DNA of 64,000 bases, from IMG/VR virus record IMGVR_UViG_3300028844_006787; one strand, written 5' to 3'. The notes beneath the pieces are model-generated. The model made no database searches. It saw only the letters and a program-made list of their open reading frames with translations, and was not told the origin of the DNA. Position numbers and translations under genes: made by a program. This document shows, in pieces, positions 11,801 to 22,100 of this stretch (within the stretch, counting starts at the first letter, position 1; each line of letters opens with the position of its first letter). Source of the DNA: a virus. Taxonomy: Duplodnaviria > Caudoviricetes.

Positions 11801-14800
11801 TTGTATATATCCGTCACCGGTGTTTACAAAAACTTTTAAATAAGCAATATCTTCACGATTATATCTTTCAATTATTTCATCTGTATGTATTGAGACCGCA
11901 ACTGTATCACCTGTGTAGTTTGAAACTATTTTTCTTGCACATATTTTTGGTGGTGTTTTTTCTTTACTTGGATGTGTGGTATGTGGTTCGAATACTGCAT
12001 TTGCATCATACGAAGAATCTGTTGTGGTAAAAGAACCCCATGTGATGTTTTTGTAAATATCACTTGTTTTATCGTACACTTTCGCAATTGGAGAATATCC
12101 TAAATCTTTTCTATATTTTATCTGCTCATCACTTAAAGTTAAATTGGGAAATTGACCAGAACAAAATTTTATAATTTTTCTATGATTAAGTGAATAATCA
12201 GTATACTCTTTCACCATTATCATTTCTTGATAAGTAAACTTATTCGGTTTGCGTTTGTTTATGATTTTTATTTTACCAACTTCTGCAAAATCAAATTCCC
12301 ACTTAGATGAATAACTTTTATCTCTAAACGATGGAAATCTTTTAAGTTCAGTTGATTGAATGATTTCCTCAAAACTACCTTCTTTTATTAAATACCACTC
12401 GTCCGTGATTTGCGTTTTTGCATATATTTTATAGTATTTTACAACATCATTGCTATACAATACCCACTCTTTTTTCTCAGCATACCCATTTTCGTTTATA
12501 CTACTAAATGTTGAATCAATTCTACGATTTTGTGGAGTGTCACTATTTTTAGCAAAAGAAGGATTTGTTGTGTATATATCATTCATACTTTGCGAATTAG
12601 CACTTCTAATGAAACTTCTTGCACCAAGTATTACTTTTTCTGCATTACCTGAGAAGTTGACTACCACTCCTAGTTTTTCACCACCTATAAGACTCGAATC
12701 ATATGGAATAGTTTTGTGTTTTGGCCACTTATTTTCTTCTGTTTTATTATATATCGCAAATTTACCTTTAGGTGCACGTTCATCTATAAGAGTTATTACA
12801 ACTGGACGTCCTCCTTGTGTAGCTACACAGATAAAATCCTTATAATTTTTAGAAATTGCATATTTAACTGCACTCCTAAATTTATATCCTGCAAATACAG
12901 GAGAACCCTTACTATTTGGTCTTTCATTATTATACCTTGTAATAACTTCAGAATAAGGAAAGGTTCTTGGCATACCAATCGAAAAATTTGGGTTTGTAAC
13001 TTCCGATGTGTGTGAGTTAGTTTTTCCAAAAACTGTCCAAGTTCGTGTTTGCATTATCGTTTTAGGTTCATCTACATACTCTGCCGTTCCATTTGTATAA
13101 TCATCGTCTTTACCAAACACCTTTTCATGTATTTTTCGAAAACTTCCATCTGCACATGATTCACCAACAACAATATCAAACTCCTGCTTATATGTGTGAG
13201 TGGAAACAATATCGGCTGATATACATACATTAAAATCGTCAAGTTTATTCGGTGATTCGAAATCATATTTTAGAACTTCTTGTCCAAATCCGGAGTTACT
13301 ACCTATATTTAGGCTTTGTTCACCTTCTATATATTCTAGATTACCAGAACTTTTTCTATAATCATGTTTTTCAATCTCGAACAAATATTTTCCTGACTTA
13401 TAACTAGATGGATTTTTTGCATATTTTTTTATTCTAGTAGCATCAAGTGGTTGTAACTTCACAACAAACTTGCTACTAGTTTTACCTACTAAAAGTTTAG
13501 TATTTGGGGAAACTTTTGTTGTTCTCTGCCAACTTGAATTTTTAAATGATTCTGGTTTCTTAGATACACCCCACTTTGGATTGCCTATACTACCGTTAAA
13601 TGTTAGCAATCTATAATATCTTCCGTGAGATTTAAAATTTGAATCATTTTCAACATACGACTTAGTTGGTACTTGATATTCACTCACTGGATTATCCATA
13701 GTAACTAGCATTGTTACATCCTGTGGGGCACTTGACGAATCAGTGACACTTGGGTATTTATGTGTTGTGGGTATTTGAATACTTGGTGGGAAATATCCAT
13801 CTCTAATAACCACGAGTTCTTCGTTCAATCCGTCGTCAGTTAATAGATTTCTTGTTGCAGTTTCAATCTCTAGAAGTTGTTCAGATGTATAATAAACATC
13901 AAAATTAAGCATAGCAGGATCACTTTCTACATTAAGTTGATTAATTGCAATTATGCTTATAGTATATGTGTTATCTGCTTCGAGTATTGGTGCTTCAGAC
14001 GCAGTGGCAAAATCATAAGATAATGTACCTGTCGTGTCTGTATTAAAATTGTCTTTCTCTGATTCAAGTGTAAACGATCCAAGAGAAATTCTATAATGAG
14101 TTACTGGTGTTTCTTCATCAGTATCTTCAGTCCAACTTATACTAGGAATTTTCTCAAATGGAATTTTCCCATTACTTAAAGTATCTACATCTCCATTATC
14201 AGAAGCAGTATACTCTTCAATATCTTGTAGATCTAAACCACTTGGTTGGGCAGGTAATTCAAGTTTAACATTTACCATATGAGATACTTCCGCAGTTTTG
14301 ATACCTGCTTCCAACACTCCTACTACTTTAAATGTATGGTGTCCTGACTCGTCTACTTGCAATGTGTAAGTATTAACTGAGTTTTTCTCAAAATAATCAA
14401 GTTCAACATCTTGATAATTAAAACTACCTAACTTTAAATCTTCAGGATCTGCTCTTCGTATTGTTCTTGTAAGTTTTTCACCATCTAAAAATAATTCATA
14501 ATGTTTTAAACGATTTGAATTATTTACTACATAGTTTCCTTCTTTAAAATGCCATTGGAATTCAAAATCCCCTCCAGTTTCAGATGCAAGGGGTTCTAAT
14601 CCTAAACCTTTTCCAAAAACGACACTTGTATTATGATTATCATCTGATTGAATGTTAAGATTATATGTAAATTCCCGTGACTGAGATTCATTTTCATCGG
14701 TAGCACTTACTTTTATTTCATATTCTCCTACAATATTAGATTTATCTTTTAAATACTCTGATATGTTTAGTTTATTTGAAGATACAATAAATGGGTCATC

Positions 14801-17800
14801 GTCATTAAATTGTATTCTATATTTTAAAATCGGATTAAATGCGGAAAAATTATTTATTTCTTTATTTTTAGGTAATCGTTTATATGTTAATTTAACATCA
14901 TCCCACTCTAAATATAAATCAGTTTCCGTGTTTCCAACTTCACTATAATTAAATGCAGAATAATAATTCGCATCTTCTTTTGCCGTGTTTTTTACTTTAT
15001 GAAATTTAATCTCACTTACATCAACATCAATGTTTAAGACTAAAGTTTCATCAGAAATATACGGATTGCTTGAAGAATATCTAAGTTTTATATACATCGG
15101 TGATAAAGAAGGAATAGTATCAATTGTAAAAACTCCGTCCAAACTCGGAGTAATGCTTTTGTATTCTTCATTATTTACAGAAATGCTGAATTCATTAGTA
15201 CGACTTGTGCCAAGAATTCCATAAAGTGGGTCTGACCACCTTACAAAAGGTGCTTTACTAATATCATGTGGATTTGCATATGAACTTTGATTTCCAACCA
15301 CAAACATAAACGAAGACTCACTTAATTGAATTTCGTATTTATCAGACTCATTATTATATTTCACATTATCAACCACCAAATCAGGTAAAGTTCTGAAATC
15401 GTATGCGATAATACCATCACCGTTATCACCTTCCTCTAATTCTGATTCTATTGCACCGTTCTCACCAAGTTTTAAATAAGAATCCAATATATAATAATAT
15501 ATTTCATTCTGTTTTGCCGTATCGTTGTTTAATAAATATATTTCATTTGTAATAGCAGGAATTTCAAATTCATATGTATGCACACCAATCTCATCGGCCG
15601 CATTTATTCCTTGCTCAGAGAAATAATTTAATAACTCAGTTCGTGAAATAATAACCTTCTCCACATCTATATCTAGTTGCATGGTTTCATAGAAAGATTG
15701 ATAGTTCATTACATCCCAACCCTGTGCATCTCCAACTTTTTCTTTTGAGTTTCCTGTGTTAATAGTTCTAATTGAATATTCAATTGAATGGAACTCATCG
15801 TGCAGTGGTGTTTGTATTTCCAAACTTCCAAACACCTGTTTAGTTGGATCATTTTCAGAAAATCTAAGTTTTGGATTTAATTTTGCAGTTCCCAGTGGAT
15901 TTTTTTGATTGATGTTATTCTCCCATATTTTATCTATTTGAGACTTTGCACTAAGTCTTAGTGTCGATTCTGCCATAAAATCATATTTTGCGGTGGTTAA
16001 ATCATCTGCATTTATTTTATGATTTTCTGAATAAGAATCTGTTGCAGAAATTACAAGTTTATAGTAACCTACTATAAGATCTCGGTGCATCCAATTTATC
16101 TTATATGAATATTCAAGTATACTTTGGTCATATGAATTCAGTTCTTGTTTTATATTTGCCGATTCTACTAGTTCGGTGTGCCTTGGAATTTCTTCGTAGG
16201 TCGTACCATCATCGGTTTGTAAATAAAAATCAAATTTCCACTTTTGTATTTTAAGATGTAAATTTGATAGTTCATATACTTTGTGCGACCAATTTATTTC
16301 AACATCGTTTGCAACTTTATTAACTTCAATACCTGGATATATAAACATACCTGTCAAATTAAAATTGAATTGTTTAAAATTACTTGTTTGTGTACCTTCT
16401 GAATCATCTCCTTGGTATCGTGTAATTGGAGAATAATATAATTTAGAATAAACATCCGTTGGAACAAATTTAACGAACTTAGAATAACGGTCTTTAGTTA
16501 CTCGTCTAACATAAGGAACACACTTTAATTTATAGTCGTCTTCCGCATAAATTTCAGCAGGATGCTCTTTGTTTTCACGTATAATTCTTGGTAACTTGAT
16601 TATTTTATTACGAGTTTTGCTTATTATTGGAGTTCCATTTGCCATCGGCAAATCATCAAATGGACTTCCGTATTCTAAGTTTAGATCTTGGTCAGTTTCT
16701 CCAACCCACACATTATTATCATAGTTCTCAAATGAAGCATCTTTGTGTTTAGTAAGAAATACATATTCATAATAAAGAAAATTAGAATCATCGAGTGGAT
16801 CATCAATATGAAATACTGGATCCCAAGGATTTTGGTCACGATTATCTAATGTTATTTTTATTATTTTTTCAGCATGACCATAAACACTCACAATTGCAGA
16901 ATTGTCAATAGTGAAATCTGTATTCTTAATTGATTCTAAATCAAGACTGAGTTGATCAAGTATATGTGTATCTGATTCTGCTGATTTATAGACCTGCACA
17001 CCTAACAATTTTGTAACACGATTATTTACTTCTCCAAGTTTTTTAGCAGAAATTAAAAAATTATTAGAAATAAATTCGTCTGATGATGCCTGTTTGCTTG
17101 AAAAATTAGATACATCGTCCATTCCTGACATAGCAGTCAATGCAACACTTTGCGATGACGAAATAACAGAGTCTATGACATCTTCACTAACAGATGTTTT
17201 GTCTGCAATAGTTTCTATAACCGTACCCAATCCGTCTGTCACCGAATTTGTAATATTTCCATCTTCCTGCAAACTACTAAATGATTCTGTAAATAATGTT
17301 TTAGCATATCCTGATATAAAATCATCGTGTGTAATTTTATTTGATTCATCAACTTCATCATTGAATAAACTTGTAACAACATTTTTTACCAAATTTAATT
17401 TAAGATTTGCTTTGAGTGCCTTTGGATTTTGTGCATGAATATAATCAGAATTTACTTCGTCTTCGGTCAATCCAAATGCGTTTTCAATGATTCGATTTAT
17501 ATTATCGTTATCCTCAGTAACCCAGCCTTTTGTGCTAAGTTTTACTCCACTTACATTTTCTAATAATTTAGATTTTATCGTAGAAATTGGGGATATATTT
17601 ACATTTTCATTTGAAAGTATTGTGGCATCTGGACCAATATCGAGAGTACCGATACTTGTTAATGTTCCTTTATATTCTTCACCTGTTAATATATCAGTTC
17701 CACCTACAAATTCTATTTTATATGTTGTTGGTATTTCTTCTATTCCTAATGTTATGCTCCATCTTCCTGCGTCATCGGTTGTAAATGTAGTAACTTCGTT

Positions 17801-19099
17801 TGTTTCAAGTGTACCATCGTCTAATTTGTTTCCAGTAAAGGATAATAATTTACCATTGGCATTTGCAATATAACCATCAACAACACGACCTCCTAGTGTT
17901 CCTTGTTCAGCAGGAACTTGATTCATTAAACGCAGTGAAAGTTCTTGTATAATATTATTTTTTAAATTTTCTGTGTATATTACATTGAATCTCCATGAAA
18001 TCGTACCTGTTTCACTATCAACTATATCTGCTAGTCCATTTGTGTATTGATGTTTAAAATATAATAAATGATTTGACCATTCTTCTGCTTCACTTAATGT
18101 AACAATTTTAGATTGTGCTTCGTTTTCAATCCCCTCAATCGGATGACCACCACCAACAACCAATTTAAGTGGAAGTGATGTATCAGACAAATACAAATCA
18201 AGTTGTTCGGATAAATCATACAGATTTCTAATTTCTTCACTTACATTTTCATATTCGGTTCTAAGTATTTTATATCCCTCGGCAGGTAAATTATATAAAT
18301 CTGGATATAATTCTCTGATAACAAATTCATCGATTGGAGCATTTTTAATAAATTCTTCATATAATATATCAGTTTGAAAATTATATGCATAAACCGTGAA
18401 ATTAAATATTCTTGCGTAGTTTATTTTTGAGTTATCATCAACTCCCAATGATTGATCATTTTTTAAAATTTCACCAATTTTTACTAATGCTCGCAATGCA
18501 CCATACCCCGCACCTTCGTGACCACCGTATAATGCAACTTGTCGTTTTTCTCCGTGTATTTCAGGATAATTTTGTAATTCATCAAATATAACATCCGTAA
18601 CAAACTCTTCTAGCATTCTTTCTGTATAATTTTGTGTAGGTTGTTCCTGTTCTTCCACAAGTGTTTTAATGGTATTTGTATACCATCGTGTTTCTTTATC
18701 ACGAATAAACAAAACATCCGTATCAATTTCATTAAAATTCCATTTTTGGATTTGCCCGAGTGCATTATCTTTGAGTTGCTCACCCGATAAAAATCTTGAA
18801 AATGATTGTGAAAAACTTATATTAGTTTCATCTATTGAATCTACATTATATGTTTCAAGTGCATCAACAAACGGTGACTTATCAGGTTCAATATTATCTT
18901 CAAATTTTTCACACGGAGAGAATACAATCAAGAAATTCTTAGAACGAACAATCTCATTAGAATTACTCTTCGGTTTTGCATAATACATTACTGCATCCGC
19001 ATCTAATGGCAAAACACTTGGCTCTACTGAAGTATCACCGTAAAGTGTTCGTTTTAGTTCTGCTAAATTTCCAAAAATTTGTTTTATATCACTCTTCAT
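2873..19099 (-). CDS. Giant 5408-aa multidomain putative virion/surface protein
   Basis: Uninterrupted 16.2 kb ORF. N-terminal hydrolase-like domain; GRVVDGYIANA motif; Ig/FN3-like repeats (TPTWQW, PKFSW, TAIDSYGNES); propeller-like repeats (DISGDGNILVVSA, FGSEVSISTNG); Ca-binding DTDxD motifs. Confidence 0.8.
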   Translation of the reverse strand: MKSDIKQIFGNLAELKRTLYGDTSVEPSVLPLDADAVMYYAKPKSNSNEIVRSKNFLIVFSPCEKFEDNIEPDKSPFVDALETYNVDSIDETNISFSQSFSRFLSGEQLKDNALGQIQKWNFNEIDTDVLFIRDKETRWYTNTIKTLVEEQEQPTQNYTERMLEEFVTDVIFDELQNYPEIHGEKRQVALYGGHEGAGYGALRALVKIGEILKNDQSLGVDDNSKINYARIFNFTVYAYNFQTDILYEEFIKNAPIDEFVIRELYPDLYNLPAEGYKILRTEYENVSEEIRNLYDLSEQLDLYLSDTSLPLKLVVGGGHPIEGIENEAQSKIVTLSEAEEWSNHLLYFKHQYTNGLADIVDSETGTISWRFNVIYTENLKNNIIQELSLRLMNQVPAEQGTLGGRVVDGYIANANGKLLSFTGNKLDDGTLETNEVTTFTTDDAGRWSITLGIEEIPTTYKIEFVGGTDILTGEEYKGTLTSIGTLDIGPDATILSNENVNISPISTIKSKLLENVSGVKLSTKGWVTEDNDNINRIIENAFGLTEDEVNSDYIHAQNPKALKANLKLNLVKNVVTSLFNDEVDESNKITHDDFISGYAKTLFTESFSSLQEDGNITNSVTDGLGTVIETIADKTSVSEDVIDSVISSSQSVALTAMSGMDDVSNFSSKQASSDEFISNNFLISAKKLGEVNNRVTKLLGVQVYKSAESDTHILDQLSLDLESIKNTDFTIDNSAIVSVYGHAEKIIKITLDNRDQNPWDPVFHIDDPLDDSNFLYYEYVFLTKHKDASFENYDNNVWVGETDQDLNLEYGSPFDDLPMANGTPIISKTRNKIIKLPRIIRENKEHPAEIYAEDDYKLKCVPYVRRVTKDRYSKFVKFVPTDVYSKLYYSPITRYQGDDSEGTQTSNFKQFNFNLTGMFIYPGIEVNKVANDVEINWSHKVYELSNLHLKIQKWKFDFYLQTDDGTTYEEIPRHTELVESANIKQELNSYDQSILEYSYKINWMHRDLIVGYYKLVISATDSYSENHKINADDLTTAKYDFMAESTLRLSAKSQIDKIWENNINQKNPLGTAKLNPKLRFSENDPTKQVFGSLEIQTPLHDEFHSIEYSIRTINTGNSKEKVGDAQGWDVMNYQSFYETMQLDIDVEKVIISRTELLNYFSEQGINAADEIGVHTYEFEIPAITNEIYLLNNDTAKQNEIYYYILDSYLKLGENGAIESELEEGDNGDGIIAYDFRTLPDLVVDNVKYNNESDKYEIQLSESSFMFVVGNQSSYANPHDISKAPFVRWSDPLYGILGTSRTNEFSISVNNEEYKSITPSLDGVFTIDTIPSLSPMYIKLRYSSSNPYISDETLVLNIDVDVSEIKFHKVKNTAKEDANYYSAFNYSEVGNTETDLYLEWDDVKLTYKRLPKNKEINNFSAFNPILKYRIQFNDDDPFIVSSNKLNISEYLKDKSNIVGEYEIKVSATDENESQSREFTYNLNIQSDDNHNTSVVFGKGLGLEPLASETGGDFEFQWHFKEGNYVVNNSNRLKHYELFLDGEKLTRTIRRADPEDLKLGSFNYQDVELDYFEKNSVNTYTLQVDESGHHTFKVVGVLEAGIKTAEVSHMVNVKLELPAQPSGLDLQDIEEYTASDNGDVDTLSNGKIPFEKIPSISWTEDTDEETPVTHYRISLGSFTLESEKDNFNTDTTGTLSYDFATASEAPILEADNTYTISIIAINQLNVESDPAMLNFDVYYTSEQLLEIETATRNLLTDDGLNEELVVIRDGYFPPSIQIPTTHKYPSVTDSSSAPQDVTMLVTMDNPVSEYQVPTKSYVENDSNFKSHGRYYRLLTFNGSIGNPKWGVSKKPESFKNSSWQRTTKVSPNTKLLVGKTSSKFVVKLQPLDATRIKKYAKNPSSYKSGKYLFEIEKHDYRKSSGNLEYIEGEQSLNIGSNSGFGQEVLKYDFESPNKLDDFNVCISADIVSTHTYKQEFDIVVGESCADGSFRKIHEKVFGKDDDYTNGTAEYVDEPKTIMQTRTWTVFGKTNSHTSEVTNPNFSIGMPRTFPYSEVITRYNNERPNSKGSPVFAGYKFRSAVKYAISKNYKDFICVATQGGRPVVITLIDERAPKGKFAIYNKTEENKWPKHKTIPYDSSLIGGEKLGVVVNFSGNAEKVILGARSFIRSANSQSMNDIYTTNPSFAKNSDTPQNRRIDSTFSSINENGYAEKKEWVLYSNDVVKYYKIYAKTQITDEWYLIKEGSFEEIIQSTELKRFPSFRDKSYSSKWEFDFAEVGKIKIINKRKPNKFTYQEMIMVKEYTDYSLNHRKIIKFCSGQFPNLTLSDEQIKYRKDLGYSPIAKVYDKTSDIYKNITWGSFTTTDSSYDANAVFEPHTTHPSKEKTPPKICARKIVSNYTGDTVAVSIHTDEIIERYNREDIAYLKVFVNTGDGYIQKGQGISYLDCNEHGDFDISGDGNILVVSANKLTTKDCVKVFNYDAESDMWILNPQNEISMESADRTIYSPISEFTDLDGIKRKSYLFGSEVSISTNGNTITINAPGARRLWINSRCNISGGVFIYEYNSSISRYKKIPTPFSSFLNAFEDIITENFDRYVKDMKQRMRKLGYSSDKYTKDSIFNIIEAYLGLNLGGVIEWQDSNTSTRDTGPNVPTKVWYYDDIDLAAVETYGFAPGIPVKPNNFIKTKAPLEVVSIKDRDNSQILPKNQFYRVVSNFDTTDDSFVSYSINEETYEVDYADLSHLFILIKVVVEGSTEKEFLVKRTDRVDKWELVLPEAEITNYDDNVPPFEPVFKSNLINYTANKTPTWQWNPVNKKVNNTDIVQTLLEEGAEYNYYLNDNSDTASVTTTTDLEFTPTDYLDVGKHTLYLSAKDVVGNESGQVTYDIQVVGVNNLIVDGIKYFGTDSPEEITAYGETWYVSPSNLLDITWNKLADNIANDYKTIYYRVVLYKPEEVYLDEELVFESQLFTDNNFTMHYKVPMGYYKIGVGVVAIDENDNTLNSDYVYFMVKTNEQAIPHNRSCLPFNLKVLDTSDTEISNQVSIRKHNGSIIANHPTDATNPHPWYFHKPIYYATVSNAKDKQVKSFKVTLAIADEWLPSNQTTESDSIVSVSLFKVVHGDNTSGVEEDKYHGSFLGKISVGNNITDDGLNDGFTTGDNASEYITDGIMYFNGRERTDGLNYVSTTDYDSEKNYKYSLTNKIRFVDVEIPNCNLDAGIYEIHVKVANSSGETYDYPIGDLSNTYFYDQSTKQQVSNYNELYNEAFNNKLVVDYDVTRLVLKNTSNTANDIQITVNDDVVADGDSVNLFMGSDIKIDWTDLEPSIDSRSDSLLYPFSYKVRFEEDELEIGLSTPSITKKYQGSLGVNSYYTTSLNTQTNYAQDLLNYEYVLPSNFIREVINASVTTIEVYIDIYHFGGKLGTRTFTINLDSNTVELVEHTDNSSDYQIEIKDNKVELKWAYSLDMTDHSIFKKYKLRLSRSLSSNTQSVEVVHEEEHILEELQHYNSDDAPPETHYYDVFEYIDTYASNTSFVAHNYTLEIDVYTESPTASFTYELASSYPKESVRGILPTQLTYDSDNQTLSWSIDSLSDRNKTNRNLVELFDVSGEGEDITTEKLGEKTFEYDATTDNIREIDLKDHFSLKLGLINIQVTSYLLDNGIHNYSRTSPVITIDCDVETQGFEINNLKQKYTSKINLSATEAFYNTQTYANESFYENGWKLFVSYWKGLYRQENYVKINTNEKPNWTCVDPYQLDTTETDAEFSFTWNALAAAQSYTIKLRTYKITHEFANVLDGNLGKWDNLYWGKHQPTEQDKWMKEHPGYTDECWEDYWCSTGLEVDTSLKKANFSQLSKYEKKFIGIKEYTIDGDETEFKIPSDYINSYIVTDQNTRLFQGNYEITPRNIATHKENLSSKYHWGYITELEIVATRSDGYITQPVYSESLMFGDVKTKINLKDEIYANDKDLMKVNIDFIMHPFYNKTPLQITNRYKIVPIGRDADNFAWITRLSNNFGKQRITRKFANQGVYTLFVESTDNFGNTTEAQSRIVVGSGNKYFNQLSSHDEDDYTEPKTIPKYTGLLSAKYNEYAFAFVSKDEISKRINAYITHHPGLFELELYNKTNTDNSYEYKIGDFIRFNDDYTFELPEHVGSHEQVTTGSGVWVNEDDPMIASPIYYSERTNGVLDNMIDHKNLFNGYKSAINTPHTTRNNQIKNAIGARQKSSGMGDISKYLKSTLVNSGDFTEVIKQKFYIEHEFQTNSKQDVSSHDTSKKYGVIYGVNKTDTETELYVFLNGGCETTLWPPERGHGFKKPNPPSGTGYVVDEYLNQRDSAYTEYKWGPMAGTGGRIKIKISDSGTGANSGLWDVVAPITTEESLEASGLYKDEYATYTDNWIPTDLIRLNENTTLNEIYINDDNQVVELNNNITMQANDIIGLKFKIQGKFVFRVYSTESKGFKLYRLPDDVDATRWVSDPDRIVIQPGYPKHPQIIVDNIDNFTSSSNVYPTWKYSFDKSPGIFSADDPGYDINFQEDTYYERHLLKKNDSGGWDDVTSTLNVESEVSGVTDSDDVLLFKSGNDATDKQIALQNGTYKFTIQTIFKNKDNDSDNRKSTIAESRELTINLDPPANIYSLELTEQGGYEYTPGDNVEIYSNSGEYVSQIEADKVKWKWNLFGFTSEDGHYEVTLKEYIVDLNTTDQNGNPTGEGEFVEILKEEVNSTQFAFDDVKLDSIYKIEVVAVNLQGVSSDEPADDTIRMTDLTPPNSVTNIKFETPTFPVSFGVEQFFNDIPTWSWGAVDDAYEYRIDLEYADAKYDVSELHIGHTNNSLWVKQEDGTYKDPDGSTVDFTDTTYTDADGKEWPEPYNIPTIETGSGWSPPSEDEELLDLRNVKTNSFTPPKSLSRGKFWRIKVTAIDSYGNESNVTNSSGSYHLPHDTDKDEVADFYDYWKSDPTKKYNVSYLESLIPNPGLAPRVGNLVRFIGTAKYILVTQSYEYSVWDDGYNNPEFSVPSPEKPSDALKVQITPESGGWDTFGRMPTYAIVTWVHPTKSHIINLQYGPYTLRGNVETQGAKVDSGGNIISGKFVFVTRTLEEIIPQTPTNLSHNEEKNITTNKKPKFSWTSLDVDTFILKVDDEVVDDPTITKSENNFEYTPSEDLLGIIKFSVIATSETGQESEEVSITLRILKDTDNDSVADDFEYFIYDADDQRTTGELDEYKENSNRIPVIGDIIKLKDKIASPSVDGSKPNKIIREYSKFPYYKIIDIINNNKFVWYDGDDDVNRYFGKGQRTNKKWEIVSTQDQVNETNEIQQIQAMAEEDDNIEPISEEEKVAVVEYEDDPTGTPEVGSIIQFKKPRTRKSVPPGDNYQFKVGDYAKINKELKATVWLITRGSVENEDDPYKYTIPKSWIDNAIISMQKIKE

Positions 19100-19153
19100 G
19101 TTTCCCTAATATGTATTTTAAATAAATATTATTATTGTGTAATTTATTTAGTT

Positions 19154-22100
19154 TTATGTCCTTAATGTTTGGTAAGAAAAAAGTTGTTCACCATTCTCAT
19201 TTAATTCAATATAATAAGATGATTCAGACTCTGATGTAAATAGTCCACTTTTAATTGCCAAGTATTTTTTATCACCTGTTAATGTCAATAATACAATGTT
19301 CGCATATGTACCACTTTCGAATTGTTTTTCATCGTTACCAAGACTTTTTAAACTTATCGTCTGATTAAACTTTATGATATCACCAATAATTGGAACATAG
19401 TCCTCGTCAACCACTTTTTCTTCAAATGCTTCATCATACTTACTTTTAGTTTCAGGATCACTAAGAGATTCATTCAATGTATCTGCTTGTTCCACACGAC
19501 TCAATAAGAACCACTTACGCCCTCGGTCGGAATAATCGACAACAAGATTTTTAATTCCATCATATTGTGTTTCATACCTAAAAATTGCAATTGCATCTGT
19601 TGTTTCTGTAAGTGTAACGTAAACTGGGTTATGTGAACTAGCACTTACCCAATATGAGTGATCGTTTATAGAAGGGAAATTGTAACCACTTTGAATTTTA
19701 ATTAAATCACCCCTCTCTGGGAATTTAATATTATCCTCATACCACTTTGATTGATCTGCAAGATCCTCGTTGGTAAAGATTGTTTCTGCATCGTCTGGAA
19801 ATGCATCATCACTGTCAAGTATTCCATCCCCGTCACTATCTTGATCAATTGTATATTCTGCATCTACAATATGCTCTACACTTAATAAATCATTGCTAAC
19901 ATTTTTAGTAAATATTTTAAATTTATGAGTTCCGAGTGCAAGATCATTAATTAAAGTATAATATACAGTGTCACCGTTGGTTACTTCTGTATAAAGTGTA
20001 AGATTATTTAATTCACTATACGCATTTCTATTCACACTATGTGTTACTACAAATTTACTTTTTAATTGTTCTTGTGTTAAATCATCGTTGTCGTAATTCT
20101 CAATAATAGTTTGATTAGTTTGATCCCAGTCACTTCCATTGAATTTCCACATTAATTTTAAAGTAGCATTTCCACTTTTTTTACGTTCACTATTATATTC
20201 GGATTCATTTAATAACTTAGAATATAAACTTGAGTCGGTGACTCCAACAGGTACCCGTAAAGTTGGACTACCTATAATTTGCCACTTAGATCCTCTACTC
20301 AATAGATCCCCATCATATTCTACACCAAGATAACTAAATCTAAATTTATCGTTACGTTCAAGTGATTTTACAAATGCATAATAAACATGAGTACTATTTG
20401 TTAAACTTGGATTCGGTGAAATTGTGACACTCTTCCAGTTGGTAGGACTAAATACTGCCCAATCACTTAGTATTTCTATAACATCATATTCCTCCAATTC
20501 CTTATGTTCTAATTTTATAGTTTCATTTTTAAGATAACTTTCTTTGAAGGTGAAAGTTTTGTTGTGAGAAAAATATTCGTTTGCATCTAATACTCCGTCT
20601 TTATCAGTATCTTCCACCAAGTAAATCATAGATTCAACTGCACTTGATTCGTTTTCTGCATTGTCCATCGCAACTATTGATACTTTATATAAGTTATTAG
20701 ATTCTAACTGAAAACTTATTCTTTGCGTTCTAACAATCGTTGGAGTTCCTACAACTTCATATTCATCATTGTCATTTGTATTTTCTAGCACAAAGTGATT
20801 TGCAATATGAGAACCCGATGCTTTGATGTTTATTTTTTTACTTAATGTACACCTCCACTTTGAAGCATTTGAAAACCAAGACCATGTATATTCATTGCTA
20901 TTTGCAATGTTCGCAGTTGTAATTGGTGTGTATTCTGCTTGTTGTAATCCTATGTGTGTATTTGCAGTATCATTTTTTATTACCGAAACCACACGATACC
21001 GTGTACTAACATTTGATGTGCTTCCAAGTTGTGATTCGGTCAAAATACTAAATTTTGAACTCGCAAGACCAACAATTGTTCCTATTTCAGGATTCGTGGA
21101 TTCAGTTGCAAATTCAGATATATTCTGCAATTCTATATTCTTATTTATTACAATACCATCTGCATTTTTAGAAAAAATATAACCAAAAATAGTTGTTTCA
21201 TTAACCTCGGTGTTACTTGAAAGTTTAGTATATTTTAAAGACGATGTATCATAATAAATCGTATCATTTTCATTATATTCTTCTAAGTTTTCAATTAACT
21301 CAGAACTTAATACACTTACAAATTCATTTGAGTTTGACTTATAGTGTACACTCTTGCTTTGCCAATTCTCTCCATCTATTTTCAAATCCGTAATACTATT
21401 TGGTGCAGATGTATCTACTATTTTAACTTTTGAGGTTGCAGAATTTCCATACACTCCTTGGGTGTTTTTTGCTTTTACAATTATTTCGTAAGTTTCTCCC
21501 TCAACCGGAGAGTTGACACTAAATATATTATGTTTTAAGTTAAAGAAATTTTCTTGTCTAGTAACATTAGCAATACTTGTAATATTTACGATGACATCAA
21601 ATTTTACATTATTTATTTGATTCCATGTCCAAACTAAAGGTTTTCTATGGTTCTCTTCACCCGAAAAATATTTAGTTACACGTATTAATTCACGTGATCC
21701 GTTTTCAAATGATTCTTCTAGGTATTCAATGTCAATATTTGCATCAAAATTCTTTGGGTCTACTTGAATTATATCTCCGTCAGAATTTATTGTATGTCTA
21801 TTATTCACCACTGAAATAATTGGTGTAGTTGGTGTTGGTACATTTATTTCAAATTCTACATATCTAAAATCAGATTCACGATTCTCTAAAGGTGAATTCA
21901 TTACAAACACTGCTTTTACTCCAAATCTATATTTTCCATTAATTAATGGTCGGTCATCGGCTGTCGTGAAAGTAATAACTGTATCTTGATCTAGAAAATC
22001 ATATTCTCCAGAATCTGATGTTTGTGTTTGATCAACTAACTCACTCTCATAAATATCGTAAGCATCCGGATGTTCATCCCACATACTAGATTGTTCATTA